Positions 40,102 through 54,052 of a stretch of 64,000 bases of DNA are shown piece after piece; position 1 is the stretch's first letter, and each line of letters starts with the position of its first letter. The translations under genes were made by a program, and so were the position numbers. This DNA comes from Marsupella aquatica (Eukaryota > Plantae > Marchantiophyta), in NCBI GenBank assembly GCA_973895155.1, contig OZ316897.1:22729455-22793454 (forward strand). The letters run 5' to 3'. The notes below the pieces were generated by a model that did no database searches, had not been told where the DNA came from, and was given only the letters and a program-made list of their open reading frames with translations.

Positions 40102-40172
<71 letters not shown>
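40102..40172. repeat. Compound (TC)n(AT)n microsatellite
   Basis: Read directly from the sequence. Confidence 0.97.
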
Positions 40173-40175
<3 letters not shown>

Positions 40176-40291
40176 AAACACGAAGCAAGTAGTGGTGGCC
40201 CTTGGTCAATATATAATGCAATCATATTCATAACCTGTCTAGCTTGTGCCGTTCATAGAGCGATGCAGGTATGCTATCTATGTAGTGAGTA

Positions 40292-43200
40292 CTATACCTC
40301 TTCCCCAGCTTTCTTCATAGCATTTTCAGGGAAGATCCTTTGTTGGCCATCGGCATTTAAAGCCGGAAGATGTGTAGCGATCACTACATTCTGCTCTACA
40401 ATCCACCTGGCCACCATGTCCAATAACTCTGATGCATTCTTCTGAGCGTGTTTGGTGAATGGCTTGGGGGTAGTCTTTGACCGCTTGTTCGTATCTGCTA
40501 CAAACGTGCGCAATTTGGCCTCCACTTCGCAGGTCTTCATCAAACCCATGGCTCTCATGCACAATACTAGTTTGGCGTCTTTGGTGAGCTTTTCAAAATT
40601 CTGCAAAAGTTACAGTCTTTGGTGAGCTTTTTAAAATATGGTAGTACACCAATGACAAGCTATAAATGATTATTTACAGAATCGTGCAAAACTTCTCAGT
40701 ATATGCTTACTATATTGGAGTCTCCAGAAGCCTGGGACTTGTTACTTCTTGTCGACCGGGTTCCTTGAGCACACAAAACTTCTTCCTGGTTTGCCTGTAC
40801 ATATATAATGACCACATAATGAGACCACAAGAGTACATTCCACACATACAATTTCTGTCTACACATTGTACACAATGATCGCTGCAACCTAATAAAGACT
40901 GCTGGCTTACAATGGATGGAAATAAGAAATCATACCATGTTTTTGCCGGTCAACAACCGTTCCCTTGCATCCTCCTGTACCTTTGTTGAAATAGCTCTAA
41001 ATGAAGGTACGTTTTCTTTGCTTGGGTTCGGACCCTTGCCTCTTCGTGCTCTACTCAATGGTTGATTTAGGTCCCGAATGCTTGCAAGGACTCCACCTTG
41101 TTCCTTCTCGATCTTAACCTACCATGCATATGTGGATGTGCAAATCATTGTATATATTGGTGAACCTAGGCTCAAAGTAGAATGAATTGCAAAGTCATAT
41201 ACATCACTTACAATAGAACTTTTAGGCCATTATAATAATTGCAATATACAAAACTTATACATACAATGATATATGATATATACCTTGGACAGTAGCGGGT
41301 TGTTTCCCCCTGTAGGATTGCTCTCAATCTTTTGTCTTTTTACCTGAAAAATAAGTATAAAGCAAACTCGGTGTCTTAATTTTAATTACGTACGTATGAT
41401 ATATAAGAATGCAACTAGCATGACAAAATACTCGTACCTCCGGTTCCGGTTGATCGTTAGGACTTATATTAGTGTCTTCATCATCCTCGTCAGATTCAAT
41501 GTAAAGTTGGGTGGATGTAGTGAAGCAATCAACTTGCAAGTTGATAGTTGATGTTGACGATGTTTTCTCCTGGCTACATGTAGTGGTATCCAGTACTTCA
41601 GTATCCTCGCTTGGCTCTCCATCGCTGGACCTGACCGCATCATCTGCTTTGCTTTCCTCTCTATGCTCTACTTCCACCCCTCCCTCTGCATCTTCTTCAT
41701 GGCCAGCTAATGCCAACACTCGCTTCTTTGGTTTTGAAAGAGGGTTTTCCTCAACGTCAGGCATCTCCGGTAACCCCGCTCCATTGGAGGCCTTTCTTGA
41801 GACAGCAGAACCCTCAGGAGAGGGACCTATCTCTGGTAACCCCGCTCCATTGGAGGCCTTTCCTGAGACAGCAGAACCCTCAGGAGAGGGACCTATCTCC
41901 GGTAACCCGCTCTCTTGGAGGTCTTTCCTGAGACAGCAGAACCCTGAGGAGAGGGACCTGAATACGATTGGCATACTTTATGAGCCAGATTGGGACTCAT
42001 GGAACAATATGCTCTCGGAACAAAAATGGACATGTCCTGCAATATGTACATGCACATCAATAGTGACGGTGCACGAGTGCCAAGGAATCTTGCAATATAA
42101 ATATATTGTAGAAAACCACATTCATTCAACATCTCTACCTCTCGATACATATCGACTGGGCAACATGAAAAAACCTGCAGAACCCAGAGAAGCAGATTCA
42201 TTCCGATGCAATGAACCTAGGGTTGGTAAATGCATATATATATTTATATATGTATATGGCACCATACTTACTGGTTTTAAGTGCCCAAACTGTACCATCT
42301 GCGGACCCTTTGAAGGTGTCATTAATGGCACCCAGTAAGGCGCCAACAATGACGGATTACCATCAGACAAGGCCTTCATGAACTTAATCTTCCACCATCT
42401 CACTTTCTTAATAACATGGACGCTCTCTGGTATTCCACGACCAACAACCTCTCCACTATACTGCCCCCTATACCTTACAGACTTATCGGCGTCTCTCATT
42501 TGCAGTTCTACCAAGGTCACCTTTAATGCATACGCACGAAGTTCCACAAAAATCTATGGGTATGATTGTCCATGTCCAATGGCAATCGCTTCATCTGCAT
42601 CTGGTTCTACCTTCATATCTGCAAAATCAGTCAGCTCCTTTTTTCGGGCCGTAGGGATGGCACCTGCAATGAAATTCAGTGCAAGTACTTGAGGTTAATT
42701 CCAGGGTATTTCCAGGTTATTTCCAAGTTGCGAAAGATAGAACACAGTTCATTGCCAAAATCAATGGCACTGCGCTAACTAATGAATGGGAATCTGTCAG
42801 TACGTACCTTCCTTGATTTTTGCATTTGCTTTCCTCCATTCATGCTTTCTGGCCAAGGCATCTCATGTTTAGATCTGGTTTCTGGACACTCAAATTTGAG
42901 AGGTGAAAGTTCGTGCATTCTACTCTGAACATACAATCGACAATTCTCTTTTGTCTTTGTGTCAGACTTGAAATCTGCACTGAGGTATTCGTATATCTCC
43001 TTGTCGGTGGCGAAATTCGCAAACCAATTCCTCACCGTTATGTAATTTGCCTTGTGAGCTTGGTGCGCTTCTACATGCTTAGAAGCCAGAATGGACCGTC
43101 CTCCAAATTTGTTGGTCACATTGAAGATGTCCTCTGCCAAAGGATAGAACTGTGCATAGCAGCGTCGAAACACACATCAGCGTGTATTCAATCAAACAAA

Positions 43201-43774
43201 GAAACTACCATTGTGCACTGCATTAGATGCCTTCGCGTGATTATCAGAAGTGGTCCTTGCCGTGGTCGCAATGGATTTCAATAGGCTAATTTAATGTCAC
43301 GGGAGACAAACAACTTACTTGATGATGCTTGGTAGAACCAATCATAGACGTCTCTCTCTCCGGCGCATCAGGAGTGCGGGTATTTTCAGCAGGCCTGATA
43401 GACTTGTGCTCTTCTTCACCAGAGCTCTCCTTTCAATTCGTATCACGTTTAGATAGTGTCTTCATTGGCGGCAACGGTGATGGCTACAGCGGTGATGGCT
43501 ACAGCGGTGATGGCTGTAGCTGTGATGGCTGTGTGACTCAAGTATTGTTGCTCCCGTTGCATTCATTCACCCATCTCCTCAACTTCTTCCTGTGCACCCA
43601 TGTCTTCATCCCCACACTGTCAAAGAAAAGTTGCCAATCATCCCCATCCATACAGAAGAAGCTTTCCCCAGTAAGATCCAACTCCTCAATTTTGGGAGTG
43701 TACATTGTCGATTCTAAACATCGATCAATGTTTTCACACAATTCCTTACACGTAAGCCTGCTCCATTCATGCAT
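40292..43774 (-). pseudogene. Multi-exon transposon accessory gene(s): N-terminal SAM-like domain, QPSPL repeat, TnpA/Tnp1(En/Spm)-like segment, 23-aa repeat and acidic region
   Basis: WS..C..LC...Y..KIEELDLTGESFFCMD.DDW..F..SVGMKTWVHRKKLRRWV fits the SAM pattern. GEVVGRGIPESVH..KVRWWKIKF..ALSD....LLAPY resembles Tnp1/DUF8039. 69-bp repeat x3 at 41760-41960. GT donors at 43318 and ~42806. Several in-frame stops. The exact exon structure is uncertain. Confidence 0.5.
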
Positions 43775-46170
43775 TGCAACTCTGTTTCAATCAACATCAA
43801 TCAAATGTAGGAAACTCTAAAGATCGACTTCACTCCAGGCGTACGCGTAGCAGAAATAGTGAAATACAGAGGGGGACTTAAAACAAAAAGGGAGTATTAC
43901 ACCAAGCGCACTCACTGCCTCTCTCGTTCATCGTTTGTTTGAATCGCCCACCCGCACGTGTTGAAGGTAAAGGCTACGGGTTCATTGTCCGTTTGAATCA
44001 CCCGCCCACGCGTGTTCAAGGTAAAGGCTGCAAGGAAAGTAGTGCATGTGTTGCCCGTCTCAAAGCTGGTCCTCGTTAGTTTTGAACTGACCGCCCTGGT
44101 CCAAATTAATAATGTCACTCTTCAAAATGCGATATATCCACAGTCCATTGCGTCAACCGCATCGCTGATTTTGTTTCTATCCAGCCGATTTAGGCCGGGG
44201 ATTTAGGAGTTGCGGTCATGATTATACAGCTGGGAAATTTTCCCTCACTCTACTATTCTAGGCCTAACTCAAAAGTCCACGCAGTTTGGATTACTATGAC
44301 AAGCTAGGACAAGATACAAACTATTCCCATGGAGACTAGCGCAGCCTGCGCTTCGGGAAAGTAAAGCCGCCAGCTACGATGACCTTTTGATCAATCAGAA
44401 GCCTATGTGGCAAATACCCTACATAGGATACCAAGAAGATAAGGCTGGCCTCAGTTTCCCTCCAGTTTCAGAGGGATTGTTTCCGCGGGAACGATTCCAA
44501 AGGTACTAAAGAGTGGAGGTCATTGACCGTAGCTCACACCTCCCACTCTAAGTGTTCGATCCTCCTCTGTGCGAGCTCAGACAACTTCAGAATAAGTTTT
44601 ACAAGTTCGCGCCCGATAACATCATCCAAAACGTGGAAGTCCACAGGCCACCTGCGGATCTTCGTACTACGTGGGAGAATTCTCTGTCAAATCCCATGCC
44701 ACCTTGTGCGATATCCTGTAATGTGTTTTGGATTTGGTAGAAATTATTGGCAGCACTCGGAGTCAATTCTTTTGATTGCAATAGTTTTTGCTTATGATTT
44801 GAGTTTGAAATGTGCTCACAGGTCAAATACAGGGTTCTCGTATACTTCAAAGCGAAAGCAAATCTTACCTAACCCTTTACCACCCACTTCTTCCTTAGCC
44901 CGGGCTTACTAGGCTACGCAGGTCATATGAAACAGGTAGAGCATTAATATCAGAGGAAGTGAAGAAGCGAATGTGACGTATTTTGTTCTGCCGGTGCGAG
45001 GTATGTGCGAGGTATGTGAGGGGTATGTTTGGGGTATTTGTGGTTATGCTCATTCCAACACTTATGTTACAAGGTTAGTATGAGAATGAACTCGGATATT
45101 TAGAACAGACCACACTTTTTGAGTCTTTGAGATTACAATTGAAGCAATATACATCATGAGCGCCATGCTGACAAAGGTGTTGTGGCATCGTCCGAGGCCG
45201 ATGCTTGTTTTGTGGCAACCGCCCGGGTTGCCTTGACAGGTAACCGGGTTGCCAGTATGCTGTCCACCCCCCCTTGCCAACCGGTATGCAATGGTAAGTT
45301 GTCGCAAAAGAGAATTTTACAACCTATTTTACGCATATGGAATTTTTCGTCTATTTTTTCATGATTACTTACTTCTTCATTGAGTTGCAGGCGTTGCCCC
45401 GGCCTTCAAAGTGCGAACTCCATTATTCATTTACATACATTACCCATCAATTCTCCATAAATATAATGAACACCTACTGGAACAAGAACACATCTGCCAT
45501 AAATGTATTGTTTGGGGTCACGTTGTTTTTACGGTTGTCTGTATGCTTGTGTTTTTTTTCCCTTCCTGGTTGTTGGGATCGATGGAGCCGCGGATCCGCC
45601 CAATGAGTTTCAGGTGTTTCTCTGTTTTTTGGTCTGTTGATGTCCAGACATTGGGGAGGGGCCCTTACCCAATTCTCCGTGAACTATGATGACCCAATAC
45701 ATGATGTCGCTGCGATCCGCAAAAGCGCTATAGTGGCTGAGTTCTATTTGCTGTCCTATATCAGAGTTTGAAGTTGGAAGTTTTCCTTGAGAAATTGCGC
45801 ACAAATTGCAAAATGAAAAATTGCCGAGATCCATTCATCAATTAAACACTAGCCGAGACCCATTCATCGATTAAACACCAGCCGATTAACACCCAATTAC
45901 TTTCTGGTATGTTTTAACAAACGCATCGTGGACATCACAACCTTCATTTAACAGATGCAGGTCCGAGCCCCCCTTTATTGCACATTGAAAATAAGTCGAC
46001 CATTCACATACATACATTCTGGTCCCACTTGCCCCACAAACCAAGCATACACGTTATGCCATATCAAACCAAAATGGCAGGTCATTGCATGGCCTGTAGG
46101 AACCTTACAAACTAAAAGACTCCTGCCCAAAATGCCAAACCATCGTACGTTGTGCTTGCATCTGGTCACA

Positions 46171-46875
46171 TCAGATATGAGTTGCATCCAAACTATCAAG
46201 CAGGTCCTGCAATCTACATCTAACAGAACTAAGTTGCGACGCCGTGGCCGGGTCTGAAGCATTAATAGATGATCTTGAAGATTCTGCTATATGCCTCCCT
46301 CGTGCAGTATGATAACTCGAAGGTACATTGTCCGTCTTCAACTTCGTCTTCCGTGGAGTGACAGAATTAGGCACCACAGAATGCAAGATCTCACAGTCGT
46401 CATCGCTTACAGGTGACAAGGAATTAATAATGGCCTCACCGTCTTTGCAGCGGATCACTACGTCCACACATTCCATCTTTGCTGTAGCTCTATGGACAGT
46501 AGCAAACTGGACAAAGTCTTCCTTCTCGCTAAAATCCTGCGGAGGCATCCCTATGAGATCAGTTGCTGCATCAAAAATCTTAGCTCGCACTGGAGGTACG
46601 TGTGGCCCGATAGTAGAGTCAACCAGGAACACCTCAAAACGATACCTTTCTGTCCAGGGCCTAGCAGCAACCGAATTATGGGGACATCGACTTGACCCTT
46701 CAACAGTGCGATTACACATCCACCCAGGTGTCACGAAGCGAGTGCATCCATGGTATAGAAACTTCCGCGGAAAATCGATTGGAGCATCAAAATTGACCAC
46801 AAAAACCCTCATTGATGGGAAGGTCCTCGTTTCTCCAGCATTGCAGCAGCCAACGACATCTTTAAGTGTGGCCAT
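46171..46875 (-). CDS. RPA70 C-terminal (DBD-C)-like Zn-binding OB-fold protein, intronless and intact
   Basis: LYHGC-x9-CNRTV-x5-CPH...RYRFEVFLVDST...IFDAATDLIGM matches the Rep_fac-A_C pattern YxAC..CxKKV...C..RY.l.v.v.D.TG...F...Ae.llG. Confidence 0.7.
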   Translation of the reverse strand: MATLKDVVGCCNAGETRTFPSMRVFVVNFDAPIDFPRKFLYHGCTRFVTPGWMCNRTVEGSSRCPHNSVAARPWTERYRFEVFLVDSTIGPHVPPVRAKIFDAATDLIGMPPQDFSEKEDFVQFATVHRATAKMECVDVVIRCKDGEAIINSLSPVSDDDCEILHSVVPNSVTPRKTKLKTDNVPSSYHTARGRHIAESSRSSINASDPATASQLSSVRCRLQDLLDSLDATHI

Positions 46876-47859
46876 GTCTCTGAAAAGAGCCACCCAGCAG
46901 AAATCCAAACAATAGTGGCGAAGGGCAGGCACTCAGCCGGGCGCAAGCACTACTCAGGAAGGGACGAATACCGATCTGCAATGGTTGCGAATCAAATGAC
47001 AAGCCGGACTGCAGAACACTCGACAAATTGTGTAGAGTTGTCACTAGATAAGTACATTATCGTGGGGTGCAAAGTGAATGCAAGTAGAGGATCCAGAAGG
47101 GAGACCCGGAGTTTAGGGCCGAGTTTTGGGAGACGTTGATTTTACGGGGATGTTGACTTTACGGAAGCGGAGCTTTGGGAGACGTTCATTTTAGAGAGAC
47201 GCGGAGTTTTTCTCTTGGGAGACATGGCGGACACTTCGTGTACTTGGGCACGTTTTAATGGAGTAAATATGCGGCAAAATAAATCAAATAAAAAAGACTT
47301 TGTCTCCTTCCGTTCTAAATTTCTCACCCTTCCCCTAACATAAATCTGAGTTTTCATTTTCTGAAGGCATTGGCTGAACTTGTGGGAGCTTTCCTTACAT
47401 ACATTGAATCTTATAGAGGTTGCTATATGGCTGAACTTGTGATGAGGGGCCTAAAACAGGGCCCATAATAATGTCTACAATACTTCGTCAGTGCCATGTG
47501 CCACATGTTTCAAATGTTGGATCTAGGCCCTTATATTGCCAGTTATATGGACCATTGGCACACTTTATGTCACATCATGATGACTTACAAGGGGAGAGTT
47601 TTTAACACATTTTCCTGCTTTTAAGGTGAAGTTATAAGGGTTTTTGAAGAGGAGGGACACAAAAGCATTGGGTGAGGCAGGGGTCATTTTGCTTTTTAAA
47701 ACTCTATTTTCTTTTCTTAGGGGGGGGGGGGGGGGTCATCACGCACTTAGTATATATTATTACATAAATATGAGAAACATAAAAATAAGATTGGAAATGA
47801 TTATCATTTCCTTGCCAAGTCCTGTGAAACGCGACCAAACATACAGCTAGGCAGGCGTA

Positions 47860-48136
47860 TTAATTAATTTAAGGATGAAACATGGAGGTAGCTCAGGGTG
47901 GGTGGGGGTGGGGGTCACTTCCACCCATTAAATGTTCACATCATGTGCAAATGATTGAAGTAAGGGGCCTTTTATTCATTACCCTAACCCTAAACCCTAA
48001 ACCCTAAGACTTGCGCACATATATGCATGCATGCATATGTGGAAGGTTAATTAATTTAAGGATGAAGTATGGAGGTAGCTCAGGGTGGGTGGGGGTGCGG
48101 GTCACTTCCACAAATTAAATGTTCACATCATGTGCA
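47860..48136. repeat. Two ~90-bp direct repeats flanking a short telomere-type tract (47982-48007)
   Basis: ttaattaatttaaggatgaa..atggaggtagctcagggtgggtggggg...catcatgtgca occurs twice, with ccctaa-ccctaaa-ccctaaa-ccctaa between the copies. Confidence 0.85.
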
Positions 48137-50005
48137 CCAAAGTATGGGGCGTTTCAGTCATTATTAATTTGTAAGGAAGTGCTTAGAAGTAGGGATGAAG
48201 TAAGGGGGTAACAATTCAAAAAGTCCCACTTTTCATCACACAATTCATTGGTTGCCACATGTCAATAAATGATTGGTGGGTTTTGTGACATTCCTATTCC
48301 TTTTTGAGAGAGTGATTAAATCAAACATGCATGTTCGCAGATGCATGTATAACAAGTTCCGTGATCCTAAGGTGAACTTGGGAGGTAGCTAGGTAGGTAC
48401 CAATTGTCTCAGTCCCTTAACAATAGAACTTATAAAGCGCCAACTACAAGGTAGATCGAGTGAAACCTCTTAATTAAACTGGAACTCCATGGCTGATCAT
48501 GTGGATGAGAAAACTCATGACCAGTATGTCAAATAATAAGCATGTATGCCATTTGTCATGACTTATACGTACTATCCTCTATTCATGTTTGTGCAAAGAA
48601 CAGGTAGTGAAGGCTAGCTAGTATGATATGTCAATGGAAGGGTAATTTAAGGATTAATAATCCGTAATCTAAGGATTTTGAAGGTTGACCATCATTAACA
48701 AGTGTGACACTATATAAGAAGTGATCGAGAGTAAATACATGCCATTCTATATTCAAGTAAGTTAGATTACTTTTGGTGACAAGCAGATAGACTCTGAATT
48801 GATGTGTGTAACTTAACATTTTACAAATGAAGCTCAATTACATTTCAAACTTTATTAAAGTTTGACGAATTGAAAAGCGGATTATGTACGTAATTATAAA
48901 ATCAAAATCAAAGTAGAATCCCTCGGCCCTCCCTCTTTTGCTACATTAAGTGAACCCCCCTGAGAACAAACCCCCCCATGTATATCGTTTGATGCATTAA
49001 AAATGCCTTGTTATGCATGTAAAAACATTACTTATCCTATCACATTAGATCCTTTTGTAAATTAGTACTAGAAAATTATTGTTCTTCCTGTGTTAATTTG
49101 TCTAAAACTCTGGTAGCTTATAGACTTCATGAAGGTAAACAAACTAGTACTAAAATGAATTAACAAAGGGAATATTAGGCTACACTATATCCCTAGAGGA
49201 ATATTCCATAGTCTACATTACTTATTTAAACTTCAATATATTGCGCCATTACTCTATCTTCATTTAAGAAGGGGGTATCAACCAATGACCTATTTTCAAA
49301 TGGTACATTGGGGGTCCTTAACCCCAAAACAAATTGACATGAGCACGTAAGATTGAGGCAGCAGGGTATTTCAGGGTCACACAATAATTAGTATGTGTGA
49401 CACTAATCTTGTGACATTTGAGATGGCTGATGTCGTGGCCAGCCCCTATAACCAGCTGGTATGCATTTGGTGAACTGGAATGCCATTAAAAAGCTTGGAT
49501 GACAATTCTATTTACATAGACCATATTGTAAGAAAGGATGGGTCATATACAAAATAAATAAAGACCTAGACAGGGCCCAACAGCAATTTCAATGTCCCAA
49601 CAATAATAAAAAACATGCACTTTGAACCAAATATGTCAATAAACTCCTAGAGTAAGCTGCCCAAGAAAGAAACCATACACATGAACTTCAAATTTGAATA
49701 GCATAAGCATGAATTCAACATGGTGAGTGACTGCCTTAGAGGGATTAGAGGCAGTGGCCCTGGGCTTGCAGGGTCAACGATAAGGTTTCCCACCTAGCAC
49801 ATTCGCTCACATGCAACAAGGACGTTTGAATGCTTTCCCGGAGTCATGAATGTCGTGGGCCCCACCTAATTATGCACAGTATTCAACATAATAATGAACT
49901 TCTCCAATCGTCCTTCCGACAATCCCACCGCGCACATCCACCTCCTGATGAATTCTGAATCAACTTCGTTGCAATATTTTGTACACAGGAACGGCAGTGT
50001 GCACC

Positions 50006-53000
50006 ATGACGCCAGAACCGAAGGAACAATGCACCTGTCAGTACAAATGTTTGCGCTTACGGGATGGGTATGATTTTGTGAGCCCAAGGAATCAAAGACG
50101 ACATGCAAACTATGACAAGACAGGCAGGGTCATTCCTGCAAAGTTTTTAGTGGACCATGGGCATCCGGATGGCCATGGCCTATCGCATCAAGACGGTCAT
50201 TCTGCCAGCTTCTTAGGTGTTCAAATGTCCCGACAAGAACATAGATATACGGCCCCAACTTTGTTGTACAGGGCACTTACAGGAGGAGACGGGAATGATG
50301 ACGTTGGAAGAAACGATTTGTAGGACCTGGATGTTGATGGGATTGGTCAGACGCTTCCCATGCAGTATGGTATCCACATAATGCCTCAAAGAATACTGAC
50401 CGTGGACGAAGCAATTTATCGACAGACTTGTAGATTACAATCAATGCTTGACGAGGCTAAAATGCCTCAGGCATTGCAGGTAGCATTTTGAAAATGCTAT
50501 TCGGGAAGATTCAGATTCCCCCATCTACAAATTTGACACCTTCACCCGACCCTCCATCCGACATGGCAAATGTAGGACTGGGTGCACTCCTGAGGCACGC
50601 TCAGTGTGACGTGGGACGGAGGACGCCATGGAATTGATGCATTGTCATCATTCAAGGGTTTGTGTGGCACGTTTGAGGCATATGGTATGCCAAAAATGCA
50701 GCGGTGGAGAATGTGTATTGGACAGAAGCCAAACTGGCATGCTCTCGTAGTCCTAAAGCTGTCGCACCAAGATGACTACAATGTCCGAACTGGATTGAAG
50801 TGTAGTTGTTCAATCGCAGGGACGAAGTGGCATCTAGCCAGGGATTGTTTGCGTTGTTCGGAACGTTGCCCATTTGATGGTTGCAGCACGGCTCGCAAGG
50901 AGATGCTCTGGTTTGAATATTTCCCCATTGGTCCCATGTTGCGGAAGTTATGTAGCAGTCGATCTGTTTGTCATGAGTTCCAGGCAATGTGGAGGGACAA
51001 AGATAAGTGGTTTAAGAAGGATTCCATGCCAAGACCTGTGTACAAGGAATGGTGGGATGGCTACCATGCTTCCGAGCTATCCTACTTTTGGGACACTGGC
51101 ACACAGTTTGAGATTCCCGTGTTATGCCGAAACTGTTATGCTTGCTATTCAACAACACCAAATAAATGTCCTGAGTTGTTGGATACTGCCAACTGGGATA
51201 ATGTCAGCAAACAATACAACTTCCAATGCTCAGATTGCGGATCTCGAGTCACGGCCCCGAAACAATTTGCAAAGGTTAGTGATTTCTTCTTGCGTTACTG
51301 TTGTTGCGCACTTTTGTATGACCAGGGTATGGTATGGGTATTTTTAGGGTATTTATGGGTTATGATAGAGTAACTTTTGTCTAACTAGTGTGACCCACCG
51401 CATGCAGAGTGATCCCCAAAATATTGCACTCATGGCACACTGGGATGGATTTCAGTCTGCCAAGACTGCCCACAAAAGCACTTGGACTGTAGAGGTCCAA
51501 GTTTTAAGCGCTGGGTCTCAAACCAAAATTCCACCTATCCCTGTTCTTTTTATCCCGCCATGTGATGACGACGACGTAGGAAAAAAAAAGCTGAAATGCT
51601 TGGATGCTTTCTTAGAACCATTCATAAGAGAACTGGAGGAGTTGTTTGTGGATGGGATAGAGGTGGATTACAATTACCCTGTGGAATTATTGGCTGAAGA
51701 GGATAATGTACCGAATGACTCCAGGTGTGTGCTACAAGCACTGTTAGCAGTTTTCACTGGAGATCATCCCGCACAATGTAAATTTGGGGGCTGGAATGTT
51801 ATAGGTTATTCCGCTTGTAGGAATTGTAAAATGAGCACTCGATGGATGAAGTGCAAGTTTGATCATCCTCAAAAGGAGACTGACCAATCACAACCCCGAG
51901 GTTTTCTGGGAAGGGCTGTGTATGACAACAATAGGATGCAGATGAGATATCCACCACCTACACGGAAAATTGAAGAGGTGAGGGAGGCGGCCAGGAACAT
52001 GACCAGGGCAGGAACAACTACAGAGAGGATGAAGATAAGCAGGGAGTGCAGGATTTCAAACATGACCAGGGCTTGGCGACTACATGAGCTTACTGGATTT
52101 TGTTTGAGCAAGGATCTGGTGTATGATACAATGCATATCCTTGCCTTGTGCCTTTTCAAGAAATACTGCGAGCTTCTAGTTTTGAGTGTTCCCCGTCAAC
52201 ATCAAAAACAGTTTGAAGATGCTCTGGAGGAGGTTACTGCTAGGAAACCGAGAGGTTTTGATGGAAGGTGGCCTAAACAACCTTTTGAAAGATTGGGATA
52301 CTTCAAGGCTGAAGAGTTCACGCGATTCATATTGTATTGTCTGCCTCATATCCTCCAACAGATGGACATTAGTGTCCACTCTGACCTTGGGACGCTTGGG
52401 ATTCTTTTGGTAGAGATTGCACGCCTCTTTTATATCAGAAGTAGACAAGAGGGTTGGACTACAGCCACATTGAAAAAAGGCAGGTCTCTACTGGCTTCTT
52501 GGAGAGTTCGCTCAGAAGAGGCTTGGGGCCCAAATGGAGCAATTCTAGAGCATGTTGCTGGTGAGTCATTTTGTTTACACTTGCTACATGACCATGATGA
52601 TAGTGGGTATTCATTGTTGGTCGATCCATCATTGCACTGAGGTGATGTTCTAATCCCAATGTGTTTTGATCCCAATTTTTAGGGAGCGGAGAGATATTTG
52701 ATGGGATAGAACGACATGGCCCACACTATGTTTATTGGTGCTACCACTTCGAGAGGATGGTATCAGACTATGGACGCACCAGAATAAATCAGAAGGACCA
52801 GGAAGTCACTTATTCTCAGATTCATTTTGCACGACGCTTTTTCACAAAAATATCGTCGTACATTTGGGAAGATGACGATGGACTTTTCCCTCATCAGAGG
52901 GCTTTGGAGAAAGTTCATGCATCCCTGCGTGTCCCTGCGGAGCATCGTAAGGAGCACAGGTGCAGAGTCACTGTACCACCATCTGAATGCCCACACTGGC

Positions 53001-54052
53001 ACGGGAATTCAGTGCCAATAGTTTCAAGTCAAATTCTAGCGATGGAATTGTGGGATAGTATGATATCCTCTGTGGAGTCATATGGTTGCAAGCACATGTT
53101 GTTGAGCAAAGGGGTTGGCATAGGCTCAAACAGGAAGCTGACAAAGAAACTGGGGTTGTCCGCCAGGATGTCATTGAAGCAGCATTGGACAGATGTTGGA
53201 GTATTCAACATCAGTGAGGACCACGAAATTAGTGAATCTTGCACTCCATTGCGATCAGCTGTGTGGAGAGCTGAAGTGTACATGCCTGGCGATCACGTTG
53301 TTGTACTGGTAGATGGGAGTACAGATGCTTCACATCCTCAAAACTGGAAAGCAGTACTCCAAAAGATTTTCATGCACGATTTCGATGGCCACATGGACAT
53401 ATTCTTTGAGGTGGATTGGTATAAACAACAGTATACACAGGATCCTTGGCAAAATTTATTGTCTTGGGAACGAGATGAGTATTCCCTGTTTACTCTTTTG
53501 GAACCAAAAGTATATCACGCACATGGCAACAACTGTAGGCCTATGTCAAGAATTCTACACAAGTTCTTCCCAATTCAAAGAGGCGGGAGGGAGGTTGTAG
53601 CCTTGGAGATTGGAGATACTTTAGTACGGGAACTCCCTACCACAATTGCAAACTGCCCTCCTTTCCCAAAGGTAGGGGACATAATGATTGCAATAGCGGA
53701 CTCACTTTCCGTCCCTGACCTGTGTGTTGTAAGGGAAGTCCTCCTTCCCAGGTGCGATGCAGCAACGGAAATGCAAGCGGGGGATGTAGGAGTGGACGGT
53801 GCTTCTGACGAGGAGGAGGAGGGAGGGGATGACATGGCATAATTGCACAATGCAAATGATACTGAGAAGGACCTCGGGAAGGTTGGTGTGAGCTGGTTGT
53901 CTGTACAGGGTTCTCGGTCAAGTTGCCCAATCTACAAGGCAGTGTCACAAATTGATGAACACATCACCTTTCAAAGATTAGTTGCGTTGAGGCTTGATTT
54001 TCGTGCAATTGGACTTCACCATGGTATCCCTGTACGGTGGAATACCGTATAG
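50006..54052 (+). pseudogene. CACTA/EnSpm Tnp2-like (Transposase_21-type) DDE transposase, disrupted; introns 51275-51407 and 52561-52682
   Basis: N-terminal CxCxxxC. Motifs NIALMAHWDGFQ..S.W, LDAFLEPFIRELEELF.DG, GDHPAQCK..G....Y.AC..C, YDTMH, FKAEEF and HGP..V.WCYHFER. In-frame stops at 50321 and 53840 and frameshifts near 50480-50600. Confidence 0.85.

Noticed and set aside
41511-42338. 275-aa plus-strand ORF (similarly 46328-46915 + and 55514-56137 -)
   Set aside because: These are antisense shadows of coding or repetitive sequence on the opposite strand.
44296-45834. Stop-interrupted reading frames that may be further accessory genes of the element
   Set aside because: They look coding-like, but no domain or reliable exon structure can be assigned by eye.
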